Positions 47,856-59,207 of a stretch of DNA of 64,000 nucleotides are shown here, one piece after another. Position numbers and translations under genes: made by a program. This DNA comes from Minisyncoccota bacterium (lineage in GTDB: Bacteria > Patescibacteriota > Minisyncoccia > Minisyncoccales > RBG-13-42-11), in the NCBI GenBank assembly GCA_041653495.1, contig JBAZFF010000001.1:4987-68986 (forward strand). The letters are read 5' to 3'. The stretch's first letter is position 1. Every line of letters begins with the position of its first letter. The notes beneath the pieces are model-generated. The model was not told where the DNA came from. It worked only from the letters and a program-made list of their open reading frames with translations, and did no database searches.

Positions 47856-49034
47856 TTAATTCATACCTTTTATAATTTCAATAGCCTTGTCAAGCTGGGG
47901 ATCCCTCCCGGCTTTGACATCTTCTTCGGTCATTTCAACCTTAATATCCGGCTCCAATCCTACCCCGTGGATCATCTCTCCTGCAGGAGTGAGCCATTTG
48001 GCGACAGTCACTTTCAAAGAAGTTTCTCCGGAAAGAGTCTCTAAAATCTGGACCGATCCCTTTCCGAAAGAAGTAGCTCCGATCAGAGCGCTCCCGTTTA
48101 CGTCCTTCAAAGCTCCTGCCAGAATTTCCGAAGCGGAAGCAGACCCTTCATTAATAAGGATTACGATGGGATAAGGCTTTAAGTTCGCATTCCCGTTTGA
48201 TTCGTATGTTTCCTGCCTGTCCCCGAAATCTTCTATCACGACCGTATCTCCCCTATCTATAAACCATCCTGCTATGTCCTGGGCCACCTCAAGATACCCT
48301 CCCGGATTGTTCCTCAAGTCCAAGATTATCCTGTCGGCGTCGCTGTTTAATATGTCCATTGCCGCCTCCCTGAAACCGTAAAATGCGGCTTCCGAAAATT
48401 GGTAAAGCTGGATGTAAGCTATGCCGTCATTCCTCAGCTCAAGCTTCAGGCTTGGTATCACAATAACTTCCCTGGTGATGGCAATATCCCTGGTTTCTTT
48501 CCAGTTATCCCTGTAAATCCCCAAGACGACTTGCGTTCCGGCTTCCCCCCTGATTTTTTTCACTGCTCCATTGGTGGTAATCCCGGCCGTAGACTCACCG
48601 TCTATTGTCATTATCTTGTCCCCGGGCATTAGTCCAACCGCTTGGGCGGGAGTTCCTTCCAAAGGCGATATTACCTGCAATTGGTTGTCTTTCACGTCTA
48701 TCTCCATTCCTACGCCCTCAAAGCTTCCCGAGACGTCCTCTAAAAAGATCTGGGTGTCTTCCGGAGTCATAAAAACCGTATAGGGGTCTTCTAGGGAGTT
48801 GACCATTCCTTCTATGGCTCCGTAAATCATGCTCTGGATATCTAATCCTCCCCTGTCCACATACTCTGACTCCAGCTTTTCCCAAGTTTCCCAAAAAAGA
48901 GAAAGGTTAACATGCTCTAAGGCGCATACGGGGCAGACAGTCTGCGATTTCTCAAACCAAACCCCGCCTCCAAATCCTCCGGCCACCAATAAAATTCCCA
49001 AAAAAAATAAAACAAAATGTTTCAGCTTGATCAT
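47856..49034 (-). CDS. ctpA: C-terminal processing protease (S41, PDZ)
   Basis: DLRNNPGG, SASASEI, GKGSVQ, DPQL. Confidence 0.93.
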   Translation of the reverse strand: MIKLKHFVLFFLGILLVAGGFGGGVWFEKSQTVCPVCALEHVNLSLFWETWEKLESEYVDRGGLDIQSMIYGAIEGMVNSLEDPYTVFMTPEDTQIFLEDVSGSFEGVGMEIDVKDNQLQVISPLEGTPAQAVGLMPGDKIMTIDGESTAGITTNGAVKKIRGEAGTQVVLGIYRDNWKETRDIAITREVIVIPSLKLELRNDGIAYIQLYQFSEAAFYGFREAAMDILNSDADRIILDLRNNPGGYLEVAQDIAGWFIDRGDTVVIEDFGDRQETYESNGNANLKPYPIVILINEGSASASEILAGALKDVNGSALIGATSFGKGSVQILETLSGETSLKVTVAKWLTPAGEMIHGVGLEPDIKVEMTEEDVKAGRDPQLDKAIEIIKGMN

Positions 49035-49132
49035 ATAAATTAATATATCATACAATAAATGTTAAAACAATGAAAGCTTGCACCAAAAAATCGCCTAAGG
49101 CGATATTTTGGTTAGATTGGTATCAATTATTT

Positions 49133-49525
49133 TTATCGCATGGACCCTATCTGTATTGAATTTGCGATAAAAATACCGTCTGAACTCTCCTCTCCCGTTG
49201 CCGTTATCTGCTTCCCGACACTCAAGTCGCTGATTGAAGCGTCTATCGTCTCTCTAACAGAAACACTGTCTGAAAAATAAACTATAGTCTCAGTCCCGGA
49301 AGAATCCTTGATTGTAACGCTTTCGTCATCCATGGAAGTAATCTCTCCGCTCGCTCCGGCCCTTCCGGACTGCATTCCTTCCAAATCCGCATTCTGCATC
49401 CCCTGGAAATCTTTCATCCCTTCAAAATCCGCTAGAGGAGATTTCCCTTCTCCATATTTCATGCCGCCGAAGAATATGCCTCCGGCTGCTGCTAAGAATA
49501 TTAGAATAAATAATGGTTTTCTCAT
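49133..49525 (-). CDS. Membrane-anchored OB-fold hypothetical protein associated with the ABC exporter
   Basis: TM segment followed by SGEI...LSVG...A.SIQI. Confidence 0.6.
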   Translation of the reverse strand: MRKPLFILIFLAAAGGIFFGGMKYGEGKSPLADFEGMKDFQGMQNADLEGMQSGRAGASGEITSMDDESVTIKDSSGTETIVYFSDSVSVRETIDASISDLSVGKQITATGEESSDGIFIANSIQIGSMR

Positions 49526-49542
49526 AATCTTAAAATTAATGA

Positions 49543-50766
49543 TTATTCATATCTCAAAGCTTCTATGGGATTCAGTTTTGAAGCTCTTTGGGCCGGCCAG
49601 TATCCAAAAACAATTCCGATCCCCGTAGAAACTCCGAAAGCCAGTATTATGGAGAACAAAGATATCTCCGTGTCTAAATCAGAAAAGAAGTTTATGCTAA
49701 AAGAAATAACGAAACCCAGAATTATCCCGGCTATCCCGCCAAAGAATGTGAGCATCACCGATTCGGAAAGAAACTGCAGAGTAATATCGCTCCTCTTGGC
49801 CCCGATTGATTTTCTCAACCCTATTTCCCTGGTCCTTTCCGTAACCGTAGTCATCATCATATTCATAATGCCTATTCCTCCCACGACCAAGGATATTCCG
49901 GCTATGGCGGCTAAAAGTATTGTCATGGTCTGAGTCGTGGAAGAAGCGGATTCTATCAGATCCTCCTGGCTGCTCACGCTGAAATCAGCTGAATCTTCGT
50001 CTAATATCTCGTGCCTCGTAAGAAGCAGGCTGGTTATCTCGCTTTGCACTAGCTCCATGCTTTCAACATCTTCCGCCTGGATATTAATGCTCGAAACGTA
50101 ACTTACTCCAGCCAGGAATTTCTGGGCCGTGGTCACGGGGATAAAGACGTAGTTGTCCTGGGATCCCATACTGGTTCCTCCGACGGATTCCAAAACCCCA
50201 ATGATCGTGAAATTAATCCCGTTCATCCTTATGGTCTCCCCGACGGCATCAGTTCCTTCCCCAAAGAGATCATCCCTAACGGTGGAGCCCAATATGGCAA
50301 CCTTGGACATCTTCGTCACATTCTGTTCTGAAATAAAACTGCCCGACTCCAACTGCAGGTTTCTTATCTCTAAATAAGAATCGCTTGTGCCCGTGACCTG
50401 GGCATTGGTATTCGTTCCTTTTCCCTTTGCAACTATCTGATACCTGCCGGATAATTCAGGAGCGACTGAACTCACATAATCCAGCTCTTCTATCGCTTCC
50501 GCGTCTTCCAAAGTCAAAGTCTGGGCACTTCCCCTGCTTGAAGAAACTTGGGTGAAACTTCTTTGAGATCCCGGGCTTACGGTAATAAGATTGCTGCCCA
50601 TGGAAGTAATGCTGTCTTCTATGGAACCCGTTGCTCCCTGCCCGACTGAAATCATTGCGATGACCGAGCCCACTCCGATGACGATGCCTAAAATAGTAAG
50701 GCCGGACCTCACTTTATTGGACACTATTGCAAAAAATGTTTCTTCAACCAAATCTTCAAACAGCAT
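49543..50766 (-). CDS. MacB-like ABC permease
   Basis: [35 protein letters not shown]. Confidence 0.93.
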   Translation of the reverse strand: MLFEDLVEETFFAIVSNKVRSGLTILGIVIGVGSVIAMISVGQGATGSIEDSITSMGSNLITVSPGSQRSFTQVSSSRGSAQTLTLEDAEAIEELDYVSSVAPELSGRYQIVAKGKGTNTNAQVTGTSDSYLEIRNLQLESGSFISEQNVTKMSKVAILGSTVRDDLFGEGTDAVGETIRMNGINFTIIGVLESVGGTSMGSQDNYVFIPVTTAQKFLAGVSYVSSINIQAEDVESMELVQSEITSLLLTRHEILDEDSADFSVSSQEDLIESASSTTQTMTILLAAIAGISLVVGGIGIMNMMMTTVTERTREIGLRKSIGAKRSDITLQFLSESVMLTFFGGIAGIILGFVISFSINFFSDLDTEISLFSIILAFGVSTGIGIVFGYWPAQRASKLNPIEALRYE

Positions 50767-50767
50767 A

Positions 50768-51481
50768 TTATTCCTTTATCAGCTTCGCCTCTTTAGACTT
50801 CCCCGTCTCGATGTCTTCGACTATTTCCCCGTCTCTGATTGTGATTACCCTTTTTGCCCTTTCGGCAATATACCTTTCGTGGGTGATCAGAATAATAGTC
50901 TTTCCCCGCGCGTTCAATTTGTTGAAAGTATCAAGCACTATCTCTCCGGTCTTGCTGTCCAGATTTCCGGTGGGCTCGTCCGCAAAAATCAAATCAGGAT
51001 CATTGATAAGGGCCCTGGCGATAGCAACTCTCTGCATCTGCCCCCCGGATAACTGGTTTGAAAGGTGGTTGAAATGAGTTTCAGGCAAGCCGGAGTCCCT
51101 CAAAGCCTCCTCGGCTATATTCTTTCTCTTTTCCCTGTCCACTTCCGTATAAATCAAAGGTAGCATGACATTCCTGATGACAGACGTTCTTTTTAAAAGA
51201 TTGAAGGCCTGGAAAACAAATCCTATTTTTTTCTTCCGAATGTCCGCCAATTCCTCGTCAGACAAGCTGGAAACGTCTTGGCCTCCCAGAAAATACTGGC
51301 CTGAAGTTGGGCTATCCAGGCATCCTAGAATATGCATTAAAGTGGATTTGCCGGATCCGGACGGTCCGACGATGGCTACGAATTCCCCCTCTTTTATCGA
51401 AAGGGAAACTCCTTTTAGAATCTGGGTTTCCACATCCCCCGATTTGTAGACTTTGGTTATGTTTTTTGCTTCAATCATCAT
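50768..51481 (-). CDS. ABC transporter ATP-binding protein (LolD/MacB-like)
   Basis: [22 protein letters not shown]. Confidence 0.95.
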   Translation of the reverse strand: MMIEAKNITKVYKSGDVETQILKGVSLSIKEGEFVAIVGPSGSGKSTLMHILGCLDSPTSGQYFLGGQDVSSLSDEELADIRKKKIGFVFQAFNLLKRTSVIRNVMLPLIYTEVDREKRKNIAEEALRDSGLPETHFNHLSNQLSGGQMQRVAIARALINDPDLIFADEPTGNLDSKTGEIVLDTFNKLNARGKTIILITHERYIAERAKRVITIRDGEIVEDIETGKSKEAKLIKE

Positions 51482-51486
51482 ACGGA

Positions 51487-53298
51487 TTACCTCATCATAT
51501 TCATCCCGCCCATTATGCTGCCTCCGGGCATTTGGAAATCGCTACTTTCGCTCTCGCTGTCGGAATCGTTGCTTATACTGGCGGAGGAAGAAATTACAAC
51601 ATCATCCTCTTCAAGCCCGCTTACTATTTCCGTATAAGAATCGTTGGAAATTCCGATTTCCACAGTTTGGGTTTTTATATAATTCCCTAAGGCCGCATTG
51701 GAAACGTTGGCCAGGAAAGTTTGGCTGTCCTGGCTCCCGGTATCCACCAATTCAACATAATAATTCTCACCTTGGGATTTAACAGCTCCGTTAGGCACGG
51801 TTAGAATATCCTGTTTCATCTCTGTAACAATGTCGGCTGTGACGCTCATTCCGGTTTTTACGCTCTCTAAATCAGAATCTAAAGCGATTACCACTCCGTA
51901 ATTGACTACTCCCTGGGAAGACTCGCCTTCTTCGTCAACCTCGGTGACTTTTCCCGTAGCGGTGATATCCGACAGGGCATCAAAAGTAAGAACCACTTTC
52001 TGGCCCACCTCCACCAATGCTGCATCGACTTCATTCAAGCTTATCTCTGCTACCTTCTGATGAGTTATAATGCTCGCTAAAACTGTGCCCGAAGATACGG
52101 AATCTCCTCTTTCAACCGAAACTTCCGTAATCACTCCGTTGTAGGGAGAATATATTTCGCAATTGGCTAAATCTTCCTGAGCCGATTCAAGCGCTTTCTG
52201 TTTTTGCCTGAGAGCGCTCTGCATAGACCTCACATCCAACTCATCGGGAGAAAGCAGATCCTCCAGATCTTCTTCTTTCTGGACAACCAATTCCTCTGCA
52301 TCCGAGAGAGCATCTTTACTGTTTTCTATTGATTGTTTTGTAGAAGATATCGCTGAAGAAACGCTGGCCGCAGAAACAAGTTTGCTTCTTAAACCGGACT
52401 GGTAGGAAGTTATCTGGGACGGAACATTTTTATCTTGTTCGGTCAAATAATCTATCGTGAAATCTATGAGATTTATTTCATTCTTTATCACCTGGACAAA
52501 AGATTTTGCAACTGCTGAAGTTTCGCTCAGAATATCCTCCAAGTCCTCCTGTTCATAATTAATAGTCAGGGACTTGAATTCCGAAAAGACTTCATCGTAA
52601 TCTTCCTTCGCGGAAAGATATGAATCGTCGGCAGACGTCAAGAAAGGGACAACTTCGGCCCTGTCCTCCAGCGCAAAAAGATTTTCATAAACCGTTTTAT
52701 TGTCGTCTGAATTATTGAACCTCGCCTCATCCTCGGCTATATCATATGAATATAGAATGTTTTTCGCATAATCGACAACTTCGGCCAGATCCAAAAAAGT
52801 GCTGCTTAAATCATTAAAAGCATCTTCGTAAGATTCGGCTATGGCGTCTTCGGCGTCTAATTCGGCCTCCTTAGCATCCGCCAAGGCATCCTCGGCATCT
52901 TTTATGTCGTCTTCATCGGGGTTTGTCAGAGATTCCAAATCCTCTTTGGCGGAATCGTAAGCCAATTCCGCATCTTCTAATTCGTCTTCCAAATCACTTT
53001 TATCCAACACAGCTACCAGTTGGCCGGCTGTCACCTCCTGGCCTTTTTTCACATAAATATTGGAAACTGCGCTATTTACCTCGGATTTAATGTCAGTTTC
53101 CTCTAAGGCCGATATTTGCCCGGAACCGGAAACGGAAATGACTATGCTTCCTTTTTCCACTGCAGCTGTAACATATCGGACAAGGGTTTCCTCGCTATTC
53201 CCTTGATATATGAAAATGCCTGCGACTAAAAGCGCGGCTGCGGCTAATAGCGTCAGAATCTTGTGCTTGAACATTTTATTAAATAATTTTCTTACCAT
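51487..53298 (-). CDS. MacA-like periplasmic adaptor (HlyD family) with long coiled coil
   Basis: TM segment, biotinyl-lipoyl halves, GMSV, GLEEDD. Confidence 0.88.
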   Translation of the reverse strand: MVRKLFNKMFKHKILTLLAAAALLVAGIFIYQGNSEETLVRYVTAAVEKGSIVISVSGSGQISALEETDIKSEVNSAVSNIYVKKGQEVTAGQLVAVLDKSDLEDELEDAELAYDSAKEDLESLTNPDEDDIKDAEDALADAKEAELDAEDAIAESYEDAFNDLSSTFLDLAEVVDYAKNILYSYDIAEDEARFNNSDDNKTVYENLFALEDRAEVVPFLTSADDSYLSAKEDYDEVFSEFKSLTINYEQEDLEDILSETSAVAKSFVQVIKNEINLIDFTIDYLTEQDKNVPSQITSYQSGLRSKLVSAASVSSAISSTKQSIENSKDALSDAEELVVQKEEDLEDLLSPDELDVRSMQSALRQKQKALESAQEDLANCEIYSPYNGVITEVSVERGDSVSSGTVLASIITHQKVAEISLNEVDAALVEVGQKVVLTFDALSDITATGKVTEVDEEGESSQGVVNYGVVIALDSDLESVKTGMSVTADIVTEMKQDILTVPNGAVKSQGENYYVELVDTGSQDSQTFLANVSNAALGNYIKTQTVEIGISNDSYTEIVSGLEEDDVVISSSASISNDSDSESESSDFQMPGGSIMGGMNMMR

Positions 53299-53359
53299 AA
53301 ATTTGAATAATCTAAGTTCTCCGTTCTTCGTTCGGAGCGGAGAACCCAGACTACTATTA

Positions 53360-53812
53360 TTACTTTATGGGTTGTTCCACCCTTTGGCCGTGAGGGCCTC
53401 CTCGTCCGAACATTCCTCTAAAACAGGGAGCGTCTATCCCATTCTCCTCGGCCCAAGCTTCCATTCCTTCCTTAATCTGATCTATGGCCTCCTGCCTTTC
53501 CTCTCCAGAAAGGTCCTTAATTCCTTCCATCTTCTGTTTCATCTCCTCCATCTTTTCGGAGATAGCGGTTTTTTGCTCTTCCGTCAGATTGGTGAATTCT
53601 TGTGAGGTTCTCTCCTCCATCTGTTCTTTATTTTCCGCCTCAAACTCGTCGAACACTTCCTGTACTTCCTGTTCGTTTAGATTAAACCTCTCTACGAGCT
53701 CTTGGATCAGCGCCGAATGGAATCCTCCATTGTCGGCCTGGGCGTTCGCCACTGTGAACCCGAGAATGCCGACTGCGACTAACGTCATAATCAAATAGGT
53801 TATTTTCTTCAT
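53360..53812 (-). CDS. Secreted helical hypothetical protein
   Basis: Signal peptide (ANAQA), FNL...EVF, LTEEQK. Confidence 0.7.
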   Translation of the reverse strand: MKKITYLIMTLVAVGILGFTVANAQADNGGFHSALIQELVERFNLNEQEVQEVFDEFEAENKEQMEERTSQEFTNLTEEQKTAISEKMEEMKQKMEGIKDLSGEERQEAIDQIKEGMEAWAEENGIDAPCFRGMFGRGGPHGQRVEQPIK

Positions 53813-53895
53813 TTAATTCTTTGTTTCATATTTCCGACCTTTCACTTATTACTACAAAGTAAAGAGGTTTTTATTCCAAACAAAAAAGCCGCTCT

Positions 53896-54666
53896 TTAGA
53901 GCGGCATTTTATCCTGTGATTCAGGTGGTCCGTGCAAAGGACCATTATCAGGTCTAAAGGGCGGGAAATCCCGCAGATTATCGTTGATCTCTAAAACGCC
54001 CTTAGCGCGCACTTTCCCCTCCTCCTCTTCTCCAAAAACGACTACCGAATCTTCCTTTTCCAAGTCTTCTCTGTGAATGAATTTAGTATCTTTGTCAACT
54101 AATATCTCTATTTCTGAATCTTCCAGGGTCTCAATGATAAATCCCTGTTCCAAGATTCTTAAAACAGTCCCCCTGTATATCCCCTTTTCTTGCATCATCC
54201 CGATGTCCCGGTAGAAAGGATTCTTAAGAGGGTCTTCTTGGGATGAAAAGATGCTTGGATGTAAAGGAGTCCTATCCAGAATTAAGCTGCCCATAAAAAC
54301 TAAGAGAGCTATGACTATCAAAGAATAAACCAGAGGCCTTTTATATACGAATGAGAATCTTTTTGCCAAAATTTCCAAAACAAGAATGAGCGCCCCCACT
54401 GCCGAAATAAGAGCCCAAGGCAGTAATTTTATATATGGTCCCAGAGCCGGAAATCCGAATCTCGGCAGATACCAAACCCCGCTGGCCTTCAAGTTGAAAA
54501 AGATCAGACTTATCAAGAATAAGATTGAAGCTGCAACTACAAAAATAACGGCCACGGCTAATATCGTCTTTAGAATAAAGTAAGAGCTCGGCCTCATTTT
54601 TATCTGGCCGCTTCTAACCTTATCCAGTATCTTATTTATTATTGCTTTCGGTTCTTCTTTATCCAT
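53896..54666 (-). CDS. Membrane protein, putative anti-sigma partner
   Basis: Overlaps the ECF sigma; three TM segments plus a C-terminal OB-like domain. Confidence 0.6.
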   Translation of the reverse strand: MDKEEPKAIINKILDKVRSGQIKMRPSSYFILKTILAVAVIFVVAASILFLISLIFFNLKASGVWYLPRFGFPALGPYIKLLPWALISAVGALILVLEILAKRFSFVYKRPLVYSLIVIALLVFMGSLILDRTPLHPSIFSSQEDPLKNPFYRDIGMMQEKGIYRGTVLRILEQGFIIETLEDSEIEILVDKDTKFIHREDLEKEDSVVVFGEEEEGKVRAKGVLEINDNLRDFPPFRPDNGPLHGPPESQDKMPL

Positions 54667-55231
54667 AGATTTCTTTTATATCTTTACAACTTGATTTTAA
54701 CATCTCCTTGGCCCTCTTTATCCTTACTCCAACCGTAGAAACGGGCACCTGAAGTATTTCCGATATCTCTTTATAGCTGAGCTCTTCCATATAATATAAG
54801 AAGATCGGCTCTCTGTATTTCCAGTCCAGTTCGTTCACGCAGCTTTCAATCTTTTTGGAGAAATCCCTACGGTCCATTTCCTCACCTGCCTCGTTCTTTG
54901 AAATATAATAAGGGAAAAGGATATCCATGTCTATTAAAGGAAGGGGCATCTTCTTTCTCTTTTTCAGGTGGTTCACCAGCTCATTGTGGGCTATCCGGTA
55001 AAGCCAAGTTGAAAATTTCCTTTTCAGGTCAAAACTCTTAATATTGATGAAAACTTTAATAAAGATATCCTGCACGATATCGTTTATATCTTCTCCGTCG
55101 GAAAGGAACTTTCTGGCATATCTCTTAATCTTTTCTTCGTATCTCTCTATTAAGATGCTAAAAAGATCAGTTTCCCCTAATCTGACCAAATTCATAATGT
55201 CTTCGTCCGTTTTAGCAGAATCATCCTTCAT
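54659..55231 (-). CDS. ECF RNA polymerase sigma factor (SigW-like)
   Basis: FSTWLYRIAHN, LSYKEISEIL, TVGVRIKRAK. Confidence 0.93.
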   Translation of the reverse strand: MKDDSAKTDEDIMNLVRLGETDLFSILIERYEEKIKRYARKFLSDGEDINDIVQDIFIKVFINIKSFDLKRKFSTWLYRIAHNELVNHLKKRKKMPLPLIDMDILFPYYISKNEAGEEMDRRDFSKKIESCVNELDWKYREPIFLYYMEELSYKEISEILQVPVSTVGVRIKRAKEMLKSSCKDIKEIYG

Positions 55232-55337
55232 AGTTTTACTACAAAACTCTCTGAAAATTATTTCATTATACTAAAAAGAGGCCGGTTTTAAAACTGCTCC
55301 GAGTAATAAAAAAACAGAAATCCAATTCCTGCGGCTG

Positions 55338-55410
55338 TGCCCCCAGCAGGGCTCGAACCTGCAACTTACTGCTTAAAAGGCAGTTACTCTACCAATTGAG
55401 TTATAGGGGC
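55338..55410 (-). tRNA. tRNA-Lys(UUU)
   Basis: GCCCCTATAACTCAATTGGTAGAGTAACTGC-CTTTTAA-GCAGTAAGTTGCAGGTTCGAGCCCTGCTGGGGGCA. CCA is not encoded. Confidence 0.95.
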
Positions 55411-55425
55411 AAAACGATGCTTCTA

Positions 55426-56487
55426 TTATATACCCTCTTGCCCCAATTCTTCAAGTAGTTCTTTCTGCTTTTTAGTCAGCTTCTTTGGAACCCTCACCTT
55501 CAGCTCGACGTATACATTTCCCCGGCCGTAGCCCGAGAACCTGGGAATGCCCCTCCCGGAAATCCTCAAAACTTTCCCGGATTCCGTCCCGCTGGGCACT
55601 TTGAGCAGAATGGAAGCTCCGTCTAGCATTCGGACTTCAATCTCCCCGCCCAATGCGGCCGCGGCGAAAGATATTTCAGACTTGGCGTACAAGTCGTCGC
55701 CTTTCCTCTTAAAATTAGTATCGGGCCTTACAAAAATCCTAACATATAAATCCCCGGCTCTCTTTCCCCTTCTGCCAGCTTCTCCTTTTCCTTCCACTTT
55801 TATAACTTGATTTGTATCAACGCCAGCGGGGATGAATATCCTTACGGTTTCATTCTCTTTTATCCTGCCTTCACCCCTACAGACGTTGCAGAACCTTTCA
55901 GGAACGTTTCCTTCCCCTTTGCATTCAGGGCAGACTCCCACCCTGGTAAACGAGCCGAGGGGAGTTCTTCTTATCTCCTGGACCTGCCCCGTGCCCCGGC
56001 AGGAAAAACATTCCTTTACTCTGCTTCCGGGTTCCGCCCCCGTTCCTTTGCATCTCTGGCAGGCAACGAGCTTGTCAATATTTATCTCTTTTTCCCCTCC
56101 GAGCAGGACTTCCCTCAGATCCATTTCCAATTCCACTTCCAAATCACGCCCTTTTGCTTCCCCTTTCCTCTGCCTCTGGCCGAATCCGAAGATCTGGTCC
56201 ATCATGTCCCCCAAATCAAAATCAAACTCCTGGCCGCCGAATCCCTGTCCGAAATTGAAATCAAATCCCCCCTGGCCGGATCCATCAAAAGTCTGCCCGA
56301 ATTGGTCGTATTGGGATCTTTTATCCTTATTTGAAAGGATTTGGTAAGCTTCGTTTATCTCTTTGAATTTTTTCTCATCGCCCCCTTTGTCAGGATGATA
56401 CTTATGGGCCAGCTTCCTGTAGGCCTGTTTGATATCATCCTGTGAAGCATCCTTGGATATTCCAAGGACTTCGTAGTAATCTTTCAT
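55426..56487 (-). CDS. dnaJ: Chaperone DnaJ
   Basis: HPD, G/F region, four CxxCxGxG repeats. Confidence 0.97.
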   Translation of the reverse strand: MKDYYEVLGISKDASQDDIKQAYRKLAHKYHPDKGGDEKKFKEINEAYQILSNKDKRSQYDQFGQTFDGSGQGGFDFNFGQGFGGQEFDFDLGDMMDQIFGFGQRQRKGEAKGRDLEVELEMDLREVLLGGEKEINIDKLVACQRCKGTGAEPGSRVKECFSCRGTGQVQEIRRTPLGSFTRVGVCPECKGEGNVPERFCNVCRGEGRIKENETVRIFIPAGVDTNQVIKVEGKGEAGRRGKRAGDLYVRIFVRPDTNFKRKGDDLYAKSEISFAAAALGGEIEVRMLDGASILLKVPSGTESGKVLRISGRGIPRFSGYGRGNVYVELKVRVPKKLTKKQKELLEELGQEGI

Positions 56488-56492
56488 TTATA

Positions 56493-58355
56493 TTATTTCT
56501 TTTCTTTGAACTCTCCTTCCTCGGGATTCTGCTGGTTAGGATTTTGCTGCTGCGTGTTCTTGTACATCTCGGCCCCGATTTTCTGGATGGCCTGGGAAAG
56601 ATCCCCAGTCTTTTGTTTTATCTCTTCCAGATTGTCGCCGTCTTTCACTTTCTTCAGATCTTCCAGCTTTCCTTCTATATCTTTCTTGTTGTCGCCGGAA
56701 ACCTTGTCCCCCATTTCCTTCAAGGTCTTCTCAGTCTGGTAAACCAAATTGTCCGCTATGTTTTTTGCCTCAATAGTTTCCTGCTTCTTCTTGTCTTCTG
56801 CCGCATGCGCCTCTGCCTCTTTCTTCATCCTTTCCACTTCCTCCTTTGACATACCGGTAGACCCCTCAATTCTTATGGACTGGGTCTTCCCCGAGGCCTT
56901 GTCTTTTGCGGTAACGTTCAATATCCCGTTGGCATCTATGTCAAAGGATACTTCAATTTGGGGAATACCCCTGGGAGCAGGCGGAATCCCGTCCAGCATG
57001 AACCTACCCAAAGACTTGTTGTCCTGGGCTATAGGCCTTTCTCCCTGCAGAACGTGTATCTCCACGGAAGGCTGGTTGTCTGCAGCCGTTGAGAATATTT
57101 GGGATTTCGCGGTGGGAACTGTGGTGTTCTTTTGGATCAAAACCGTGCTGACTCCCCCCATGGTTTCAATTCCCAAAGACAAAGGAGTGACATCCAAGAG
57201 TAATACGTCCTTCACGTCCCCCTGCATGATACCCCCCTGGATTGCAGCTCCCAAGGCCACGACCTCGTCCGGGTTTATGGACTTGTTCCCTTCTTTCCCG
57301 AAAAGCTTCTTGATCTCTTCCTGGATTAAAGGCATCCTTGTCTGGCCTCCGACCAGCACGACTTCTTCTATATCTTTAGTCTCTAAATGGGCTTCCTTGA
57401 GAGTGGATTTGACCAGGTCAATTGACTTTAAAACAAAATCCCTGACCAATTCTTCCAATTTAGCCCTGGTCAGCTTGTAATAGAGATGCTTCGGCCCGGA
57501 AGCGTCGGAAGTTATGAAAGGAAGATTGATCTCTGACTCCACGGCGGAAGACAGCTCTACTTTTGATTTTTCAGCAGCTTCCTTTAGCCTCTGGAGGGCC
57601 AGCTGGTCTTTGGACAGATCTATCCCTTGGTCCTTCCTAAAGTAATCCACAAGCCAATCCATTATTTTCTGGTCAAAATCGTCTCCCCCTAAGTGGGTGT
57701 CTCCACCCGTAGCTTTTACTTCCACCGTATCGGAAGAAACATCCAAAACGGAGATATCGAAAGTCCCTCCTCCAAAATCATAAACCACTATCTGCTGCCC
57801 CTTTTTCTTGTCCAAGCCGTAAGCCAAAGCTGCGGCCGTAGGCTCGTTAATAACTCTCTTTACGTTAAACCCTGCTATTTCTCCCGCAATCTTCGTGGCC
57901 TTCCTCTGCGAATCGTCAAAATAAGCGGGGCAGGTTATTATGGCTTCCGTGATGGTCTCTCCCAATTTGGCTTCGGCATCCGCTTTCAGTTTCTGCAAAA
58001 CCATTGCCGAAACCTCTACGGGCTTCAGCCATTTTTCTCCGAGTTTAAGTTCTACGCCGCCGTCTGATCCTTCCCTTATCTCATAAGGCATCAGCTTCTT
58101 GTCCCTCTGCACTTCGGCATCAGAAAATCTCCTGCCGATCAGCCTCTTGGCGGAGAAGATTGTGTTCTGGGGATTGGTAATCTGCTGCCTCTTGGCCAGC
58201 ACTCCGACCAGCCTTTCTCCCTGCTTTGTGACAGCAACGACCGAAGGAGTAGTCCTGTTCCCCTCCTTATTCTCTATGATTTTGGGTTCTCCCCCTTCCA
58301 CCACTGCCATGGCTGAATAAGTCGTACCTAAGTCTATTCCTAATATTTTACTCAT
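56493..58355 (-). CDS. dnaK: Chaperone DnaK
   Basis: GIDLGTT, NEPTAAA, GGGTFD. Confidence 0.98.
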   Translation of the reverse strand: MSKILGIDLGTTYSAMAVVEGGEPKIIENKEGNRTTPSVVAVTKQGERLVGVLAKRQQITNPQNTIFSAKRLIGRRFSDAEVQRDKKLMPYEIREGSDGGVELKLGEKWLKPVEVSAMVLQKLKADAEAKLGETITEAIITCPAYFDDSQRKATKIAGEIAGFNVKRVINEPTAAALAYGLDKKKGQQIVVYDFGGGTFDISVLDVSSDTVEVKATGGDTHLGGDDFDQKIMDWLVDYFRKDQGIDLSKDQLALQRLKEAAEKSKVELSSAVESEINLPFITSDASGPKHLYYKLTRAKLEELVRDFVLKSIDLVKSTLKEAHLETKDIEEVVLVGGQTRMPLIQEEIKKLFGKEGNKSINPDEVVALGAAIQGGIMQGDVKDVLLLDVTPLSLGIETMGGVSTVLIQKNTTVPTAKSQIFSTAADNQPSVEIHVLQGERPIAQDNKSLGRFMLDGIPPAPRGIPQIEVSFDIDANGILNVTAKDKASGKTQSIRIEGSTGMSKEEVERMKKEAEAHAAEDKKKQETIEAKNIADNLVYQTEKTLKEMGDKVSGDNKKDIEGKLEDLKKVKDGDNLEEIKQKTGDLSQAIQKIGAEMYKNTQQQNPNQQNPEEGEFKEKK

Positions 58356-58425
58356 ATTTTTGTTTTTTTATTTAATTAATTGACAATTTGTTAATATATG
58401 TTATTCTATTGACAGGAGGTGTGAC

Positions 58426-58707
58426 ATGGAAAATACAGTAGTTTTTGGAATCCTTGTCTCTGTGCTTATCACCTTTATGCTGTTCCTTATAAACCAATTT
58501 TTGGCGGAAAGCGGAAGGTTAAAAGAAATCATTCTTTACATTATCTGCTTTCTGCTCCTGTTTGTTGTCTTCCTTTTCGGCATTTCTCTTGGCGAAGACC
58601 CGGAGATGCAAATTCATCTTTATGCGTTTATTGCGATGGTTTCTATCATGGTAGTGTCCCTCGCAGTTTCCGGGGCAGACATAGGGAACAAGGAATACAA
58701 CTCTTGA
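58426..58707 (+). CDS. Small 3-TM hypothetical protein inserted antisense within the heat-shock operon
   Basis: AGGAGG RBS, TTGACA upstream, hairpin downstream. Confidence 0.7.
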   Translation: MENTVVFGILVSVLITFMLFLINQFLAESGRLKEIILYIICFLLLFVVFLFGISLGEDPEMQIHLYAFIAMVSIMVVSLAVSGADIGNKEYNS

Positions 58708-58745
58708 CTCCTTTCCCCCTTTTTTTTAACCACTAAAGGGGGATT

Positions 58746-59207
58746 TTATTTTGAAACTTTTGCTTTTGAAGGCCTTACCACTTTTCCGGCCATCAAATAC
58801 CCTTTTTGCAATTCTTCTATTATAATTCCTGGCTCCTTGTCCGACTCCACGAGCTCTACGGCTTCGTGAAGGCTCGGGTCGAATTTCTCTCCCAAGGCCT
58901 TTATCTCTTCCACCGAACTGTTCTTCAACAATTCTCTAATTCTCCGTTTTATCTGTAAAATTCCTTTAATCTTTTCGTCCTCTTTCTCCTGGTCCGTCAA
59001 ATGCTTCTCCGCCAGATCGAAGTCGTCCACTATGGAAAGAAATTTTAATATCATCTCTTCCTCGGCGAACTTTATTATTTCCTGCATCCTTTCCAGCTCT
59101 TCCCTCTTGTGGTTTATAAAATCCGCTTTTGCTCTCTGCCAGCCAGCAAGGTACTCGTCCCGCTCTTTCTGGCACTCTTGCAGCTCTTTTTTTAATTCTT
59201 CACTCAT
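58746..59207 (-). CDS. grpE: Nucleotide exchange factor GrpE
   Basis: RAKADFIN, FDPSLHEA, QKGY...RPSK. Confidence 0.96.
   Translation of the reverse strand: MSEELKKELQECQKERDEYLAGWQRAKADFINHKREELERMQEIIKFAEEEMILKFLSIVDDFDLAEKHLTDQEKEDEKIKGILQIKRRIRELLKNSSVEEIKALGEKFDPSLHEAVELVESDKEPGIIIEELQKGYLMAGKVVRPSKAKVSK

Noticed and set aside
56749-57480. 243-aa plus-strand ORF and many similar antisense ORFs
   Set aside because: These are shadow ORFs opposite conserved genes (dnaK, typA, pyrG and others).
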